The notes under the pieces are model-generated. The model ran no database searches and was not told the DNA's origin. It worked only from the letters and a program-made list of their open reading frames with translations. Below, piece by piece: positions 10,224 through 25,683 of a stretch of DNA of 64,000 nt (the stretch's first letter is position 1; the number at the start of each line of letters is the position of its first letter). Both the position numbers and the translations under genes were made by a program. This stretch comes from Chthonomonadales bacterium. Its GTDB lineage: Bacteria > Armatimonadota > Chthonomonadetes > Chthonomonadales > CAJBBX01. The DNA lies in contig JBMFSQ010000008.1 of assembly GCA_049967475.1 (NCBI GenBank), positions 73,349 through 137,348 of the forward strand, given 5' to 3'.

Positions 10224-11276
10224 GTGATCAAGAATGTTCCGTTCACTCCGGATCAGGCATCTTCCTATGCGGCCCAGATGGATCCGCTGTTCTGGGTGCT
10301 GGTAATGCTTACCATCTTCTTCGCTGGGACGGTGCTGACGCTGCTGCTCTTCTTTGCCATTCGATACCGGCGGGGAGCTCGAGTGGATCGCTCCAATCCT
10401 CCCGACGAGCATCAGTTCCTGGAGATCACTTGGACGGTGATCCCGCTGCTGCTGGGATTGGGAGTGTTCGTATGGGGAGCCAAGTTGTATGCCGGTGCCT
10501 TCGGCCCTCCCCCTGCCAATGCTCTCGAGATCTTTGTGGTAGGCAAGCAGTGGATGTGGCACATACAACATTCCAACGGTGTGCGCGAGAACAATGAGCT
10601 TCACGTGCCCTTGGGCCGGCCCGTCGCACTGACGATGATCTCCCAGGATGTTATCCATGACTTCTACGTGCCCGAGTTCCGCATCCATGTAGACGTAGTG
10701 CCTGGGCGGTACACGCGGGAGTGGTTCACTCCCATCAAGATCGGCCGGTACCGGCTGTTCTGCGCCCAATACTGTGGAACGGACCACTCCAAGATGACCG
10801 GGTGGGTTACCGTAATGGATCCGGCGGATTATGCGCGCTGGCTTGCAAACGGAGGCCAGGAAGTGCCGGCGGCGCCCAAGACCATGGCTGCGCTGGGAGC
10901 GGATCTTTATCAACGGGAGGGTTGCGCGCAATGTCACGATCCCGGCGCGCCGGGGCATGGGCCAGTTCTTACAGGCCTGTACGGATCCATCGTAACGAAG
11001 CCTTCTGGCGAAAAGGTCGTGGCGGATGCAGCATACCTGCGGGAACAGATCCTGACGCCGGTGGATCGGGTAGCGCCCAAGTATCAACAAATCATGCCCT
11101 CCTACAAAGGGCAGCTTACTGAGGAGCAGGTGCTCCAGCTCATCGAATACATCAAATCGCTCGGCCCTCAGAACCCGGCTTCTGCGGAGCCTGCGCCGGC
11201 GAGCATGAAGAAGCCCGCGGGTGTGCAGGGTGGGGGCAAGAGCGGCAACTTGGCCGCTAAAGAGAAGAGCCAATGA
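10224..11276 (+). CDS. coxB: cytochrome c oxidase subunit II with fused cytochrome c (caa3-type)
   Basis: [15 protein letters not shown], CuA motif [13 protein letters not shown]-terminal CAQCH...MPSY. Confidence 0.95.
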   Translation: MIKNVPFTPDQASSYAAQMDPLFWVLVMLTIFFAGTVLTLLLFFAIRYRRGARVDRSNPPDEHQFLEITWTVIPLLLGLGVFVWGAKLYAGAFGPPPANALEIFVVGKQWMWHIQHSNGVRENNELHVPLGRPVALTMISQDVIHDFYVPEFRIHVDVVPGRYTREWFTPIKIGRYRLFCAQYCGTDHSKMTGWVTVMDPADYARWLANGGQEVPAAPKTMAALGADLYQREGCAQCHDPGAPGHGPVLTGLYGSIVTKPSGEKVVADAAYLREQILTPVDRVAPKYQQIMPSYKGQLTEEQVLQLIEYIKSLGPQNPASAEPAPASMKKPAGVQGGGKSGNLAAKEKSQ

Positions 11277-13006
11277 GTGTTCAGACCCTCGAAGTGAATG
11301 CCCAATCGGCGCCCGAGCCCAGCGAAGAGCGCGTCAACTACTTGAACGTGGATCACTCGCTGAAGTCGTGGCTGCTAACGCTGGATCATAAGCGCATCGC
11401 GATCCTTTACATGGTCTCTATCTCGCTCATGTTTGTGCTGGGCGGGGCAGCAGCAGCTATGGTGCGGCTCGAGTTGACCTCCCCGCACGGTCTCCTGCTG
11501 TCCAATGAGACCTACAACAAGATGTTCTCTGCCCACGGCATCATTATGGTGTTCTTCTTTATGGTGCCGTCCATCCCTGCCGTGCTGGGCAACTTTTGCC
11601 TGCCCCTCATGATTGGGTGCCGCGACTTGGCCTTCCCGCGGCTGAACTTGCTGAGCTGGTACCTGTTCACTATCGGCGGCATCGTGGCCCTCGCTGCAAT
11701 TTTGAGCGGCGGCGTGGATACCGGATGGACCTTCTATACACCGTTCAGCAGCGTCTACAGTAACTCCAACGTTGTTGCTACGATCATCGGCGTGTTTATC
11801 GCTGGGTTCTCATCCATCGCTACCGGGCTCAATTTCATCGTCACCGTGCACAAGATGCGGGCGCCGGGCCTTACTTGGTTCAGGCTGCCGCTCTTCGTAT
11901 GGGCCATTTACGCCACCAGCGTGATTATCGTGTTGGGGACGCCGGTGGTGGCCATTACCCTGCTCTTAGTGGTGGTGGAGCGCACGCTGCATCTAGGCAT
12001 TTTCGATCCGGCTTTGGGCGGTGATCCGGTGCTGTTTCAGCACATGTTCTGGTTCTATAGCCACCCGGCTGTTTATATCATGATCTTGCCCTCGATGGGT
12101 GTGATGAGCGAGGTCATCTCGGCCTTCTGCCGGAAGCGCATCTTCGGATACAAGTTTGTAGCCTTTTCCAGTATCGCGATTGCCGTGTTCGGCTTCCTGG
12201 TGTGGGGCCATCACATGTTCGTGTCCAGCCAGTCCGTGTACGCAGGTATGGTCTTTTCGGTGCTGAGCTTCATGGTGGCGGTTCCTTCAGCCATCAAGAC
12301 GTTCAACTGGACGGCGACGGTTTACAAGGGGCGGGTGTGGTTCACTGCGCCGATGCTGTTTGCCTTGGGCTTCATGGGCCTTTTTGTGGTGGGCGGGTTG
12401 ACGGGCCTGTATCTGGCGTGTTTGGCCACGGATGTGCACTTGCACGACACCTATTTTGTGATTGCCCACTTCCACTACATTATGGTGGGGGGCGCGATCA
12501 TGGGGTACATGGCCGGCCTCCACTTCTGGTGGCCCAAGATGACGGGGAAGCTCTACCCCGAGAATTGGGCGAAACTGGCTGCCGGGATCATCTTCATCGG
12601 CTTTAACCTGACGTTCTTCCCGCAATTCATTTTGGGCTGGCTCGGCAATCCGCGACGCTATCACATTTATCCGGAGGAATTCCAGGTGTGGCACGTTCTG
12701 TCGTCGGCCGGCAGCTCAATCCTGGCTGTGGGGTACATCATACCGCTGTTCTATCTGCTCTGGTCCCTCAAATACGGCCGGGAGGCGGGTCGCAATCCGT
12801 GGGGGGCCGTGGGTTTGGAATGGACCCATGCCGACTCCCCGCCGCATCCCCACAATTTCCATGAGGTGCCTGTGGTAACGTGGGAAGCGTATGCGTACGA
12901 ACCGGAGGAGGTCGAAGAGGAGCGTTACGGTCGGCCTGATGTGGATGCAGAGGCCGCCATGTGGGCAGCGCCCGGGCCCGGCAATTCGGCAGGAGAGAAT
13001 TCATGA
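11273..13006 (+). CDS. coxA: cytochrome c oxidase subunit I, type A2
   Basis: [21 protein letters not shown] (YS motif of A2 enzymes), [19 protein letters not shown]. Confidence 0.97.
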   Translation: MSVQTLEVNAQSAPEPSEERVNYLNVDHSLKSWLLTLDHKRIAILYMVSISLMFVLGGAAAAMVRLELTSPHGLLLSNETYNKMFSAHGIIMVFFFMVPSIPAVLGNFCLPLMIGCRDLAFPRLNLLSWYLFTIGGIVALAAILSGGVDTGWTFYTPFSSVYSNSNVVATIIGVFIAGFSSIATGLNFIVTVHKMRAPGLTWFRLPLFVWAIYATSVIIVLGTPVVAITLLLVVVERTLHLGIFDPALGGDPVLFQHMFWFYSHPAVYIMILPSMGVMSEVISAFCRKRIFGYKFVAFSSIAIAVFGFLVWGHHMFVSSQSVYAGMVFSVLSFMVAVPSAIKTFNWTATVYKGRVWFTAPMLFALGFMGLFVVGGLTGLYLACLATDVHLHDTYFVIAHFHYIMVGGAIMGYMAGLHFWWPKMTGKLYPENWAKLAAGIIFIGFNLTFFPQFILGWLGNPRRYHIYPEEFQVWHVLSSAGSSILAVGYIIPLFYLLWSLKYGREAGRNPWGAVGLEWTHADSPPHPHNFHEVPVVTWEAYAYEPEEVEEERYGRPDVDAEAAMWAAPGPGNSAGENS

Positions 13007-13728
13007 GCGTTGAAGCGATCCAGGCCGCCCCGCAAGAGCTTTCGGAGCAGTACGAAGACCTGTCTCAGCAGAACGAAGCCTATGTGGTGGGAATGTGGGC
13101 CTTCCTCGTGACGGAGATCATGTTCTTCGGGGCGCTTTTCCTGGCGTACATCGTATACCGTACGGCGTATCCCGAGGTTTTCCGAGATGCCCATCATCAC
13201 CTGGATGTGGTCCTCGGAACGATCAATACTACGGTACTCCTCACCAGTTCGCTGTTCATGGCCCTAGCCGTTCATGCGGCGCAGATAGGTAGGAAGGCTG
13301 CCCAGATCCGGTGGACGCTCCTTGTGATGCTTTGTGCGTTGACCTTCCTGGTGATCAAGGGGTTCGAATACCACAACAAATACGTAGAGCACCTGATCCC
13401 CGGCCCTTCATTCCAATATCACAGCGTGGGTGAGATGGGCGGGAGCCACGCCTCACCGTCTGCTGCGGAAGGCGGTTTCGCGGTGCCGCGCGGTATTCCC
13501 AGAGACAAAGCCCAAATGTTCTTCGTGCTCTATTTCTGCATGACGGGCCTCCACGGCATCCACGTGGTGATCGGTCTGATTGTGATGGCTGTGCTGGTAT
13601 GGCTTACGCGCCGGAATAGTGCCCTGGTGCGGGATTATATGCCCCTGGAGATGGCCGGCCTGTACTGGCACTTTGTTGATATCGTTTGGATCTTCCTGTT
13701 CCCGCTTTTCTACCTGATACCCAAGTGA
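13003..13728 (+). CDS. coxC: cytochrome c oxidase subunit III
   Basis: [37 protein letters not shown] overlap with coxA stop. Confidence 0.95.
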   Translation: MSVEAIQAAPQELSEQYEDLSQQNEAYVVGMWAFLVTEIMFFGALFLAYIVYRTAYPEVFRDAHHHLDVVLGTINTTVLLTSSLFMALAVHAAQIGRKAAQIRWTLLVMLCALTFLVIKGFEYHNKYVEHLIPGPSFQYHSVGEMGGSHASPSAAEGGFAVPRGIPRDKAQMFFVLYFCMTGLHGIHVVIGLIVMAVLVWLTRRNSALVRDYMPLEMAGLYWHFVDIVWIFLFPLFYLIPK

Positions 13729-13753
13729 TCCCTGGCACTGCGAGGAGTTTGTA

Positions 13754-14065
13754 ATGCAATCCGAAGAGGCATCGCATCCTATCACGCCGCCGGCGGTATA
13801 CCTGAAGACATACGCCGTGCTGCTCGTGCTCATGCTCCTTACCGTGGGCGTGGCCCAAGTGCACCTTGGCCCTCTCAACAATGCCGTAGCCCTTGGCATT
13901 GCCGTGACCAAGGCTGTGCTTGTGGTGCTGTATTTCATGCAGGTGCGGTATTCCACGCGCCTTGTGTGGGTGTGGGCAGGCATCGGGTTCCTTTGGCTAT
14001 TGCTGCTTTTTGGTACGATGCAGGATTACCTTACGCGGCCGTGGGTTCCGATCCACGGCTGGTAG
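13754..14065 (+). CDS. coxD: cytochrome c oxidase subunit IV
   Basis: Three TMs, IAVTKAVLVVLYFM motif. Confidence 0.9.
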   Translation: MQSEEASHPITPPAVYLKTYAVLLVLMLLTVGVAQVHLGPLNNAVALGIAVTKAVLVVLYFMQVRYSTRLVWVWAGIGFLWLLLLFGTMQDYLTRPWVPIHGW

Positions 14066-14088
14066 CAGTCGTTCAGCCGCGCCGTGCG

Positions 14089-14116
14089 AGGCCGGGGTTC
14101 AACTCCGGCCTTTTTT
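14089..14116 (+). terminator. intrinsic terminator of the act-cox operon
   Basis: AGGCCGGGGTT-C-AACTCCGGCC hairpin followed by TTTTTT. Confidence 0.85.
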
Positions 14117-14157
14117 GTTCAGTGAAGTGGAAACAGATAGTGACGTACACAAAATGG

Positions 14158-14187
14158 TTGACATGCGTATCCACCTTGTGATACCAT
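14158..14187 (+). promoter_or_regulatory. sigma70-type promoter for the FxLYD gene
   Basis: TTGACA-N18-TACCAT with TGn extension. Confidence 0.55.
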
Positions 14188-14226
14188 GGTGGCACATGCT
14201 CCGCAGTGGGTCACAAGGAGGGCGAC

Positions 14227-14757
14227 ATGGCAGCGACTTCCACCATCCAGGCAGTTTGCAGAGGGAGAGAAAGCCGTTGTTTTGTGTGGCGGCGATGGGC
14301 GGTTGCAGGGGCGGTTCTCGGCACGTGCGTAGTTCCGTACGCGATGCGTGGGAGTGCGGAAAGCGGCCCTCTGCAGCGATTGCGGGCGCCTGTTCCAGCC
14401 CGTGCGGCGGTGATGCTTTTGAGCGCAACTGCCTCGCGGGACGCAGGGTATGTGACGGTAGCAGGTGAGGTGCGCAACGCATCACGGCGCAATCTGGCGG
14501 GCGCTGAGGTGGTGCTGGAACTGTTCGACGGGAATGGCCGGTGCATTGCGGTAGAACCGGCGATCCTTGCGCGTGCTGTTGTGCCGCCGGGCACAGCATC
14601 GTCCTTCCAGGTGACGGCCGAGGATTGGGGGAAGGCACAGCGCTATCGGCTGGAGTTCCGCGAGATTGACGGCGCCGTTCTGGAATGCCTCGACAACGCG
14701 CAGAACGGACCGGTTACGCGTTGTCCGGCACAGGAATGCGCCGGTGCCAATCGGTAA
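14227..14757 (+). CDS. FxLYD domain-containing membrane or exported protein
   Basis: VAGEVRN...AEVVLELFDGNG...VPPGTASSF pattern; AAGGAGGG RBS before ATG 14227; 3' end overlaps the amidase by 44 bp. Confidence 0.65.
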   Translation: MAATSTIQAVCRGRESRCFVWRRWAVAGAVLGTCVVPYAMRGSAESGPLQRLRAPVPARAAVMLLSATASRDAGYVTVAGEVRNASRRNLAGAEVVLELFDGNGRCIAVEPAILARAVVPPGTASSFQVTAEDWGKAQRYRLEFREIDGAVLECLDNAQNGPVTRCPAQECAGANR

Positions 14758-16123
14758 CGCTTTGAAACGCCTGGGCCAAGCGGAGGATGGCGGCTTCGCC
14801 GTAGGGAGGCCCTATGATCTCCAGACCGAGAGGCAGGCCGTCGGCGTCGAACCCCATGGGAAGCGAGATGCTGGGCCAGCCGAGAAGGTTGCCCGGGCCG
14901 CCGTTGCCTCCCATGTGTACCCAACTCTCATCGAGGCTCTTTGACACCGGTGGCGCGCCATGAAGCAGGGTAGGCGCGATGAGCGCGTCGAAGCGCTGGA
15001 AAATCGCCACAGCTTGGGGAGCAGCGAGCGTTCTGACCCGCATCGCACGAAGATACTCCACTCCTGGGATGGCGAGCCCGGCGAGGAGGCCGGCTTGCTG
15101 GCTGCGGTCCCGAAGCAGGGCCAGCTTCGGAGAGCGGATCAGGTTCTCGAAGGCAGAAGCGCCCTCCACGGAGATGATGGTGTCCGCTGCTGCGTCATAG
15201 GGGAAGTCGGGTAGCTTGGCATCTGCCAGCTCGGCATGGAGGCGCGTAGTGAGGACGGAACATGCCTCCTGGAATGCCTGTTGGGCTGCGTGGGCTTCGT
15301 TGGCACCGAAATCCGTGGGCAGCAGACCCAGGCGAACGGGCCGCGGGAGGCGGCCACGCGGGTCGTAGTGAAACCGCTGATCCCAAGCCGATGGATCCCG
15401 GGCGTCGGGACCGGCAAGGATCGTCAGCAGGATTGCGCAGTCTTCAGCCGTCCGCGCCATGGGGCCGATCTTGTCCATCGTCCATGAGAGGGCCATAGCT
15501 CCGAACCGGGAGATGCGCCCGTAGGTAGGCCGCAGACCTGTGATGCCGCAAAAGGCACTGGGCACAGTAATGGATCCCCAGGTCTCTGTTCCAAGGGCAA
15601 ACCCAACGAGGCCGGCGGCGACTGCCGCACCGGAGCCGCTGGAGGAGCCTCCGGCCCATCGCTGCATGTTCCACGGATTGAGGCAAGGACCGGTGATGGA
15701 TGCCGATGCGTACTCGTACCCTCCGCCCCCTGCGAGTTCGATCATGGCGAGCTTCGCCACGAGCACCGCACCGGCTGCCTGCAGCTTCTCGATGGCCGCA
15801 GCGTTGAAGCGGAAGACTTGGTCGGCATGGGCTGGTGATCCCCACTGGCAGGGTACGTCCCGAACCGCGAAGAGATCTTTGGCTCCGAATGGGACGCCGT
15901 GGATGGGGCTGCGCACATGACCGGCGGCTATCTCTCTGTCTGCAGCGCGAGCCTGCTCCATCGCTTGATCCCGCATTAAAAAGGCCAACGCGTTCAGCTT
16001 CCGGCCCAATGTGTCCAGCCGATGGAGATAGGCTGAAGTGAGGGCTTCCGACGTAATCTCTCGTCGCCGGATGAGGCGGCCTTGATCGAGGGCAGGCAGA
16101 TGGACGACCTTGTCAGGATCCAT
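14714..16123 (-). CDS. amidase-signature family enzyme (GatA/AtzE-like)
   Basis: HGVPFGAKDL, GGSSSGSGAAVAAG, GTETWGSITVPSAFCG (Lys-cisSer-Ser triad); likely start MDPDKVV at 16123; no signal peptide. Confidence 0.9.
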   Translation of the reverse strand: MDPDKVVHLPALDQGRLIRRREITSEALTSAYLHRLDTLGRKLNALAFLMRDQAMEQARAADREIAAGHVRSPIHGVPFGAKDLFAVRDVPCQWGSPAHADQVFRFNAAAIEKLQAAGAVLVAKLAMIELAGGGGYEYASASITGPCLNPWNMQRWAGGSSSGSGAAVAAGLVGFALGTETWGSITVPSAFCGITGLRPTYGRISRFGAMALSWTMDKIGPMARTAEDCAILLTILAGPDARDPSAWDQRFHYDPRGRLPRPVRLGLLPTDFGANEAHAAQQAFQEACSVLTTRLHAELADAKLPDFPYDAAADTIISVEGASAFENLIRSPKLALLRDRSQQAGLLAGLAIPGVEYLRAMRVRTLAAPQAVAIFQRFDALIAPTLLHGAPPVSKSLDESWVHMGGNGGPGNLLGWPSISLPMGFDADGLPLGLEIIGPPYGEAAILRLAQAFQSVTDWHRRIPVPDNA

Positions 16124-16427
16124 GGTGCTTCTGCGCCTGTGGAGGAACGGGATGGAAGATGAATGCGGGCTCAGTACCGTCGGGAATGATGAGCGTCTGT
16201 TTGCTCCAGGTGGTGGCGTTCTGCTTGACGGCGGAATGCACAGCCGCGCGCAGGTCGTCGGCAATGGGCCGTCCGAGAGCACGTTCGATCAAAACCTCTG
16301 CTGCGTCCTGAACGTCCGGCAAGGGAGCTGCCTGAGTGGCGTCTCCGACCGCGCTCAAGCCTGCAGCCAAAAGAGCAGCCTTGCCTAGATCCCGCCGTGT
16401 GAGCCTATGCCGTTTCTTCTTGTCCAT
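16113..16427 (-). CDS. small Tat-signal protein, putative amidase partner subunit (GatC/AtzG-like)
   Basis: LTRRDLGK + hydrophobic stretch + TQA, helical core, C-terminal EPAFIFHP; GGGAG RBS; overlaps amidase start by 11 nt. Confidence 0.7.
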   Translation of the reverse strand: MDKKKRHRLTRRDLGKAALLAAGLSAVGDATQAAPLPDVQDAAEVLIERALGRPIADDLRAAVHSAVKQNATTWSKQTLIIPDGTEPAFIFHPVPPQAQKHHGS

Positions 16428-16563
16428 AGTGTGGTAGCTCCCGGAGACCTTTTCGTCTGGACCTTTATGCCTTTCTTTGCGTGGAGGGCGCGAAGTACCC
16501 CAGGTACAGCGAAGACCGGGCGAGCGTACAGAAAGCGCGCCGCCCGGCCCTCTGAATGCGCTG

Positions 16564-16636
16564 TGAGGGCGCTGGGACTCGAACCCAGGACACCCGCCTT
16601 AAAAGGGCGGTGCTCTGCCGACTGAGCTACACCCTC
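16564..16636 (-). tRNA. tRNA-Lys(UUU)
   Basis: GAGGGTG acceptor stem, TAGCTCAGTCGGCAGAGC D arm, CCGCC-CTTTTAA-GGCGG anticodon arm, GGTTCGAGTCC; CCA not encoded. Confidence 0.95.
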
Positions 16637-16686
16637 GCCGTTGTGCGGCCCTCCTCAGGGACGAGGTTCGAGCCGCATTCCACGGC

Positions 16687-19600
16687 TTATTCTACACCAT
16701 CTTCGAGGTCTGATGAACCGTTCTCGGCCATGTCTTCAAAGGGCTCGACATCAGCGTCTTCATCCTCTGCACCGATGCCGGTTGGCTCCAACTCCTCATC
16801 AGCTTCGGCCTGGTCCTCAGCCGAGCTGCGCAAGCCGGCGGAGAAATGCGATGCTGCGTCCTCTTCATCTTCCGGTGCGGGAGTGAGCTGTTTCAAGAGC
16901 TCTTCGTGGCGCCGAGGCTGTTCTGTGATGATGCGCTCTCCATCGGGCGTACCCGGCTCCAGGGAGCGATACCGCGGGAGGCCCGTGCCCGCCGGAATGA
17001 GCCTTCCGATGATCACGTTCTCCTTCAACCCCAGGAGTTCGTCCTTCTTGCCGCGGACGGCAGCTTCGGTGAGGACGCGGGTAGTCTTTTGGAAGGATGC
17101 CGCAGACAGGAAGCTATCTGTGGCCAGCGATGCCTCCGTGATGCCCAGCAGAACCCAATCCGCCGTAGCTTCCTTTCCTCCAATGGCGCGAACTCGAGCA
17201 TTCTCATCCTGGAAGGCGAACTTATCCACGATTTGGCCCGGCAAGAACGACGTGTCCCCGGGCTCGCGCACCTTGCGCTTCTTGAGCATCTGGCGCACGA
17301 TCACTTCCACGTGTTTGTCGTTGATCTCAACGCCTTGGCCTTTGTATACCTTCTGGATCTCGCGCACGAGGTAGTCCTGCACGCCGCGGGGTCCCTGGAT
17401 CTGCAGGACCTTCTCTGGATCTAGGGGGCCGTCTGTTAGGCGGTCCCCAGGAGCCACGGTGTCGCCGGGCTTGACCTCCAGTTCACCGCGGTAGGGAACC
17501 AGGGCCTGTTTGCGCAGAACGACTTCCTTGACGCCGGCTTCCTTGAGGCGCCGGTAGATGCGCTCGGTGATGACGTCGCCTGCTTTGGCGAGTACTTCTC
17601 CGTCGGCATCAAGAACGTCTTCCATAACCGTTTCGCCGACGAAGTGGGACGGCACATCGTCCATGGGAACTGGAGAGGCGAGTACCACGTGCCGCAGTCC
17701 TTTGGTTTCAATGGCAACCACCTTGCCGCCGAGTTCCGTTATGATGGCCTGGCCCTTGGGTTTCCGCGCCTCGAAGAGCTCGACCACCCTCAAGAGACCC
17801 TGCACCTGATCTTCCAGCACTTTGAGGACTGCCTGCACGGATTTTGCGCGTTCGCGCTCCGATCCGCCCTCTTCGTCGAACGTTACCAGTCCTCTGCGGA
17901 TGTCGTCGTGGAGGTCGCGAAGGGTTGCCTGCCGCTTCTGCTTCACATTGGCCACGCCGGTGAGGTACTTGCCGGCGACGCCGCCCGTGTGGAAGGTGCG
18001 CATGGTGAGCTGCGTACCCGGCTCACCGATGGACTGAGCCGCGATGATGCCTACGGCTACACCGATGTCTACAACCTTGCCGGTAGCAAGATCCCGTCCA
18101 TAGCACTTGGCGCACACACCGTGCCGCAGTTCGCAGGTTAGGACGGAGCGGAGCCCCACCTTCTTAATGCCGCGGGCTTCCACTTCGCGGGCTGCATCGT
18201 CCGAGATTTCGGTGTTGGCTTCCACCAGCACTTCACCGGTGGCAGGATCCACTATGTCCTCGAGGGCGAAGCGCCCGCGAATGCGGTCACTCAGCTTCTC
18301 GATGACCTCGTCCCCTTCGACGATTTCCTCCACGTAGATGCCGTTCGTGGTGCCGCAGTCGTCGCCGCGCACGATGACGTCCTGGGACACGTCCACCAGA
18401 CGCCGTGTGAGATAACCGGCATCTGCGGTGCGGAGGGCTGTGTCGGCCAGACCTTTGCGGGCACCGTGAGTGGAGATGAAGTACTCGAGCACATTGAGTC
18501 CTTCATGGAAGTTGGATTTGATGGGCAGCTCCTCGATGAGATTGCCGAACGGGTCCGACATGAGCCCGCGCATGCCGGAGAGCTGGGTGAGCTGCTTGGT
18601 TGAACCCCGGGCACCTGAGTCCGTAATCAGATAGATGGGGTTGAAGTGGCCGATGCCTTCCAAGATTGCCGCGGCTACGCGATCTGCAGCCTGCATCCAT
18701 AAATTAAGCACCTGCTGTTTGCGCTCGCCGAGGGTGAGGGTTCCCCGCCGGTATTGGCGGTTCAGGCGCTCGACGGCGGCCTCAGTTTCTCGGAGGATCT
18801 CGTCACGCTTGGCGGGGATGTCCATATCGGTCATGGAAATGGTGATGCCGGCACTCGTTGCGTACTTGAAGCCTAGGGCCTTGAGATCGTCCACGAAGCG
18901 AACCGTGACCTCTTTCCCGTGAAGGGCATACACTTCCCGCACGAGATCCGCCACACCCTTCTTGTTGATCGTCGTGAACAGGTACTTATCCGTATACTTG
19001 AGCTTGGGCGGCAGGATGTTGTTGAGGATCAGGCGCCCAACTGTCGTGTACCGTGAGGGGTCGTCCCCCGAGCCCACCACTTGGGCGACGCCGTCACGCT
19101 CAATGCGTACCTGGATGGGCTCATGGAGCTTGATCTGGCCCATGTGGTAGGCAAGTTCCGCTTCTTCGGGACTGGAGAAGACGTAGTCCCGCGGGCGCTG
19201 GCCCTCGATGATCGTGGTGAGGTAGTAGGAACCCAGCACGATATCCTGAATGGGCGCAATGATGGGCCTGCCGTCCGCTGGTGAGAAAAGGTTGTGCGTC
19301 GAGAGCATCAGCACGCGGGCCTCCGCCTGGGCGTAGGCGGAGAGAGGCACGTGGACCGCCATCTGGTCGCCGTCGAAGTCGGCATTGAAGGCATGGCACA
19401 CGAGGGGATGCACCTGGATGGCCTTGCCGTCCACGAGCACGGGCTCGAATGCTTGTATGCCCAACCGGTGCAGAGTAGGCGCGCGGTTGAGGAGCACCGG
19501 GTGTTCGTTGATTACCTCTTCGAGGGCGTCCCACACCTCGGGCTTCATTTTGTCAATCATCCGCTTAGCGGTCTTGATGTTGGTGGTGTATCCCCGCTCC

Positions 19601-21030
19601 ACCAGCGTCTTCATTACGAAGGGCTTGAACAGTTCCAGCGCCATCTCTTTGGGGAGGCCGCATTGGTGGAGTTTGAGGTGCGGACCCACCACGATCACGG
19701 ACCGGCCGGAATAGTCTACGCGCTTGCCCAGCAGGTTCTTGCGGAACCGCCCTTCTTTGCCCTTGAGCATGTCGGACAGGGACTTGAGCGGCCGGTTGTT
19801 GGATCCCACCACAGGCCGGGATCGGCGCCCGTTGTCAATGAGGGCATCCACGGCTTCTTGCAGCAGCCGCTTTTCGTGGTTGACGATGGACTCGGGTGCA
19901 CGGATCTCCGTGATCTTTTTGAGGCGGTTGTTCCGGTTGATGATGCGGCGGTAGAGGTCGTTCAAGTCCGACGTGGCGAAGCGCCCGCCGTCGAGCTGCA
20001 CCATAGGGCGCAATTCCGGCGAGATCACGGGGATGCAATCCAGGATCATCCAGGATGGGTGCGCTTTGCTGTTGATGAACGCTTCTGTAATCTCCAGACG
20101 CTTGATGGCCCGGGCGCGCTTAGGTCCCTGGGTGTTGGCCACTTCGTTGCGGAGTTCGCGTGCCAACTTCTCCAGATCAATCTCTAGGAGGAGTTCCTTC
20201 ACGGCGGCGCCGCCAAGACCGGCCCGCACCACGCCCTGGAAGCTTTCGCCCAACCGCCGAGTGAGGATCTCGATGAGGTGCTCCAGGTCCCGATATTGCT
20301 CTTCGGAGATGAGCTGCTTCTTATCTACCTTTTCCAGAAGTTGCACAGCCTCTTCCAGGCGCCGGATGCTCTCCTCGAGGTCGCGTTCCTCCTGCTTGAT
20401 GCGCTCGTGGGTTCTCTTCAGGTCCTCTTGGATCTGTTCTTCGGACCAGCGGTGTTCGTCGGGCACATCCGGCTCGGTATGCGATTGCACTCTTTGCCGA
20501 TGCTCGCGCATCGCGTGATCCGCCACGCCGTCCTTCTCGCGCTGGATCTCCTCGATCTCTTCACGGACGGCCGCGTGGATCTCGTCCATCTCGTTTGCGA
20601 TGCGGGGGCGGTCCACGTGGGTCACGATGTAGCTGGCGAAGTAGAGGACCTTCTCCAGCGCCCTGGGAGACACGTCTAGGATGAGGGCCAGAGGACTGGG
20701 TACGCCCTTGAGGTACCAGATATGGGACACGGGCGCGGCCAGTTCGATATGGCCCATGCGCTCGCGGCGCACTTTGCTGCGGGTTACTTCCACACCGCAC
20801 CGGTCACAGATGATACCTTTGTACTTGACCTTCTTATAGCGTCCGCAGTGGCACTCCCAATCCTTCACGGGGCCGAAGATCTTTTCGCAGAAGAGCCCGT
20901 CGCGCTCGGGTTTGAAGGTGCGGTAGTTGATCGTTTCGGGCTTCTTGACTTCGCCATAGGACCACTTGCGGATCTCGTCTGGGGATGCGATGCCGATACG
21001 GATCTTTGAGAACGTGGTGGCGTCCGCCAT
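16687..21030 (-). CDS. rpoC: DNA-directed RNA polymerase beta' subunit
   Basis: [41 protein letters not shown] before ATG 21030. Confidence 0.99.
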   Translation of the reverse strand: MADATTFSKIRIGIASPDEIRKWSYGEVKKPETINYRTFKPERDGLFCEKIFGPVKDWECHCGRYKKVKYKGIICDRCGVEVTRSKVRRERMGHIELAAPVSHIWYLKGVPSPLALILDVSPRALEKVLYFASYIVTHVDRPRIANEMDEIHAAVREEIEEIQREKDGVADHAMREHRQRVQSHTEPDVPDEHRWSEEQIQEDLKRTHERIKQEERDLEESIRRLEEAVQLLEKVDKKQLISEEQYRDLEHLIEILTRRLGESFQGVVRAGLGGAAVKELLLEIDLEKLARELRNEVANTQGPKRARAIKRLEITEAFINSKAHPSWMILDCIPVISPELRPMVQLDGGRFATSDLNDLYRRIINRNNRLKKITEIRAPESIVNHEKRLLQEAVDALIDNGRRSRPVVGSNNRPLKSLSDMLKGKEGRFRKNLLGKRVDYSGRSVIVVGPHLKLHQCGLPKEMALELFKPFVMKTLVERGYTTNIKTAKRMIDKMKPEVWDALEEVINEHPVLLNRAPTLHRLGIQAFEPVLVDGKAIQVHPLVCHAFNADFDGDQMAVHVPLSAYAQAEARVLMLSTHNLFSPADGRPIIAPIQDIVLGSYYLTTIIEGQRPRDYVFSSPEEAELAYHMGQIKLHEPIQVRIERDGVAQVVGSGDDPSRYTTVGRLILNNILPPKLKYTDKYLFTTINKKGVADLVREVYALHGKEVTVRFVDDLKALGFKYATSAGITISMTDMDIPAKRDEILRETEAAVERLNRQYRRGTLTLGERKQQVLNLWMQAADRVAAAILEGIGHFNPIYLITDSGARGSTKQLTQLSGMRGLMSDPFGNLIEELPIKSNFHEGLNVLEYFISTHGARKGLADTALRTADAGYLTRRLVDVSQDVIVRGDDCGTTNGIYVEEIVEGDEVIEKLSDRIRGRFALEDIVDPATGEVLVEANTEISDDAAREVEARGIKKVGLRSVLTCELRHGVCAKCYGRDLATGKVVDIGVAVGIIAAQSIGEPGTQLTMRTFHTGGVAGKYLTGVANVKQKRQATLRDLHDDIRRGLVTFDEEGGSERERAKSVQAVLKVLEDQVQGLLRVVELFEARKPKGQAIITELGGKVVAIETKGLRHVVLASPVPMDDVPSHFVGETVMEDVLDADGEVLAKAGDVITERIYRRLKEAGVKEVVLRKQALVPYRGELEVKPGDTVAPGDRLTDGPLDPEKVLQIQGPRGVQDYLVREIQKVYKGQGVEINDKHVEVIVRQMLKKRKVREPGDTSFLPGQIVDKFAFQDENARVRAIGGKEATADWVLLGITEASLATDSFLSAASFQKTTRVLTEAAVRGKKDELLGLKENVIIGRLIPAGTGLPRYRSLEPGTPDGERIITEQPRRHEELLKQLTPAPEDEEDAASHFSAGLRSSAEDQAEADEELEPTGIGAEDEDADVEPFEDMAENGSSDLEDGVE

Positions 21031-21220
21031 GCTGTCTCCTCCAAACAGTGTCGCAGCTAGGATGCAGCCGCTGCCGAACCCGGCCATCGAGCCCGGTTCC
21101 AAAGGGTGGTTTAGGACTGTACCTCTCTATGTGTGGGCGAGGTGTGCATGATTAGGCAGGGCGCAAACTGTGCGCCGGGCGGGCTGCTGCAGTCGCCCAT
21201 CCGGTGAACGCATTCTTGGA

Positions 21221-25507
<4,287 letters not shown>

Positions 25508-25540
25508 TGGTGCCCCCTCCTATACTACGCACGAAACGAC

Positions 25541-25569
25541 AGTATACCACAACGCACGGATCCGGTCAA
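25541..25569 (-). promoter_or_regulatory. dedicated sigma70 promoter for rpoBC
   Basis: TTGACC-N17-TATACT with TGn extension, 33 nt upstream of the start codon. Confidence 0.75.
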
Positions 25570-25621
25570 ACTGCCGGTGCGCGTTACGCGAGGCAAATGC
25601 AATACGCATCCCGCCTCAGTA

Positions 25622-25677
25622 AAGTTCCCGCGGCCCCCCTGAAGGTGCAAAGATCTTTGGCGGAGCCGCGGGAACTT
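25622..25677 (-). terminator. inverted repeat or terminator after the E1 gene
   Basis: AAGTTCCCGCGGC / GCCGCGGGAACTT 13-bp inverted repeat. Confidence 0.55.
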
Positions 25678-25683
25678 GGAGGT

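Noticed and set aside
9057..11273. 738-aa minus-strand ORF and other long antisense ORFs (e.g. 22238-24589, 33433-34596, 61195-62457)
   Set aside because: Shadow frames of well-supported genes in GC-rich DNA; no recognisable motifs.
14714..16123. Calling the amidase gatA and the small ORF gatC
   Set aside because: No gatB nearby, the catalytic region reads GTETWGSI rather than GSDTGGSIR, and the partner has a Tat signal.
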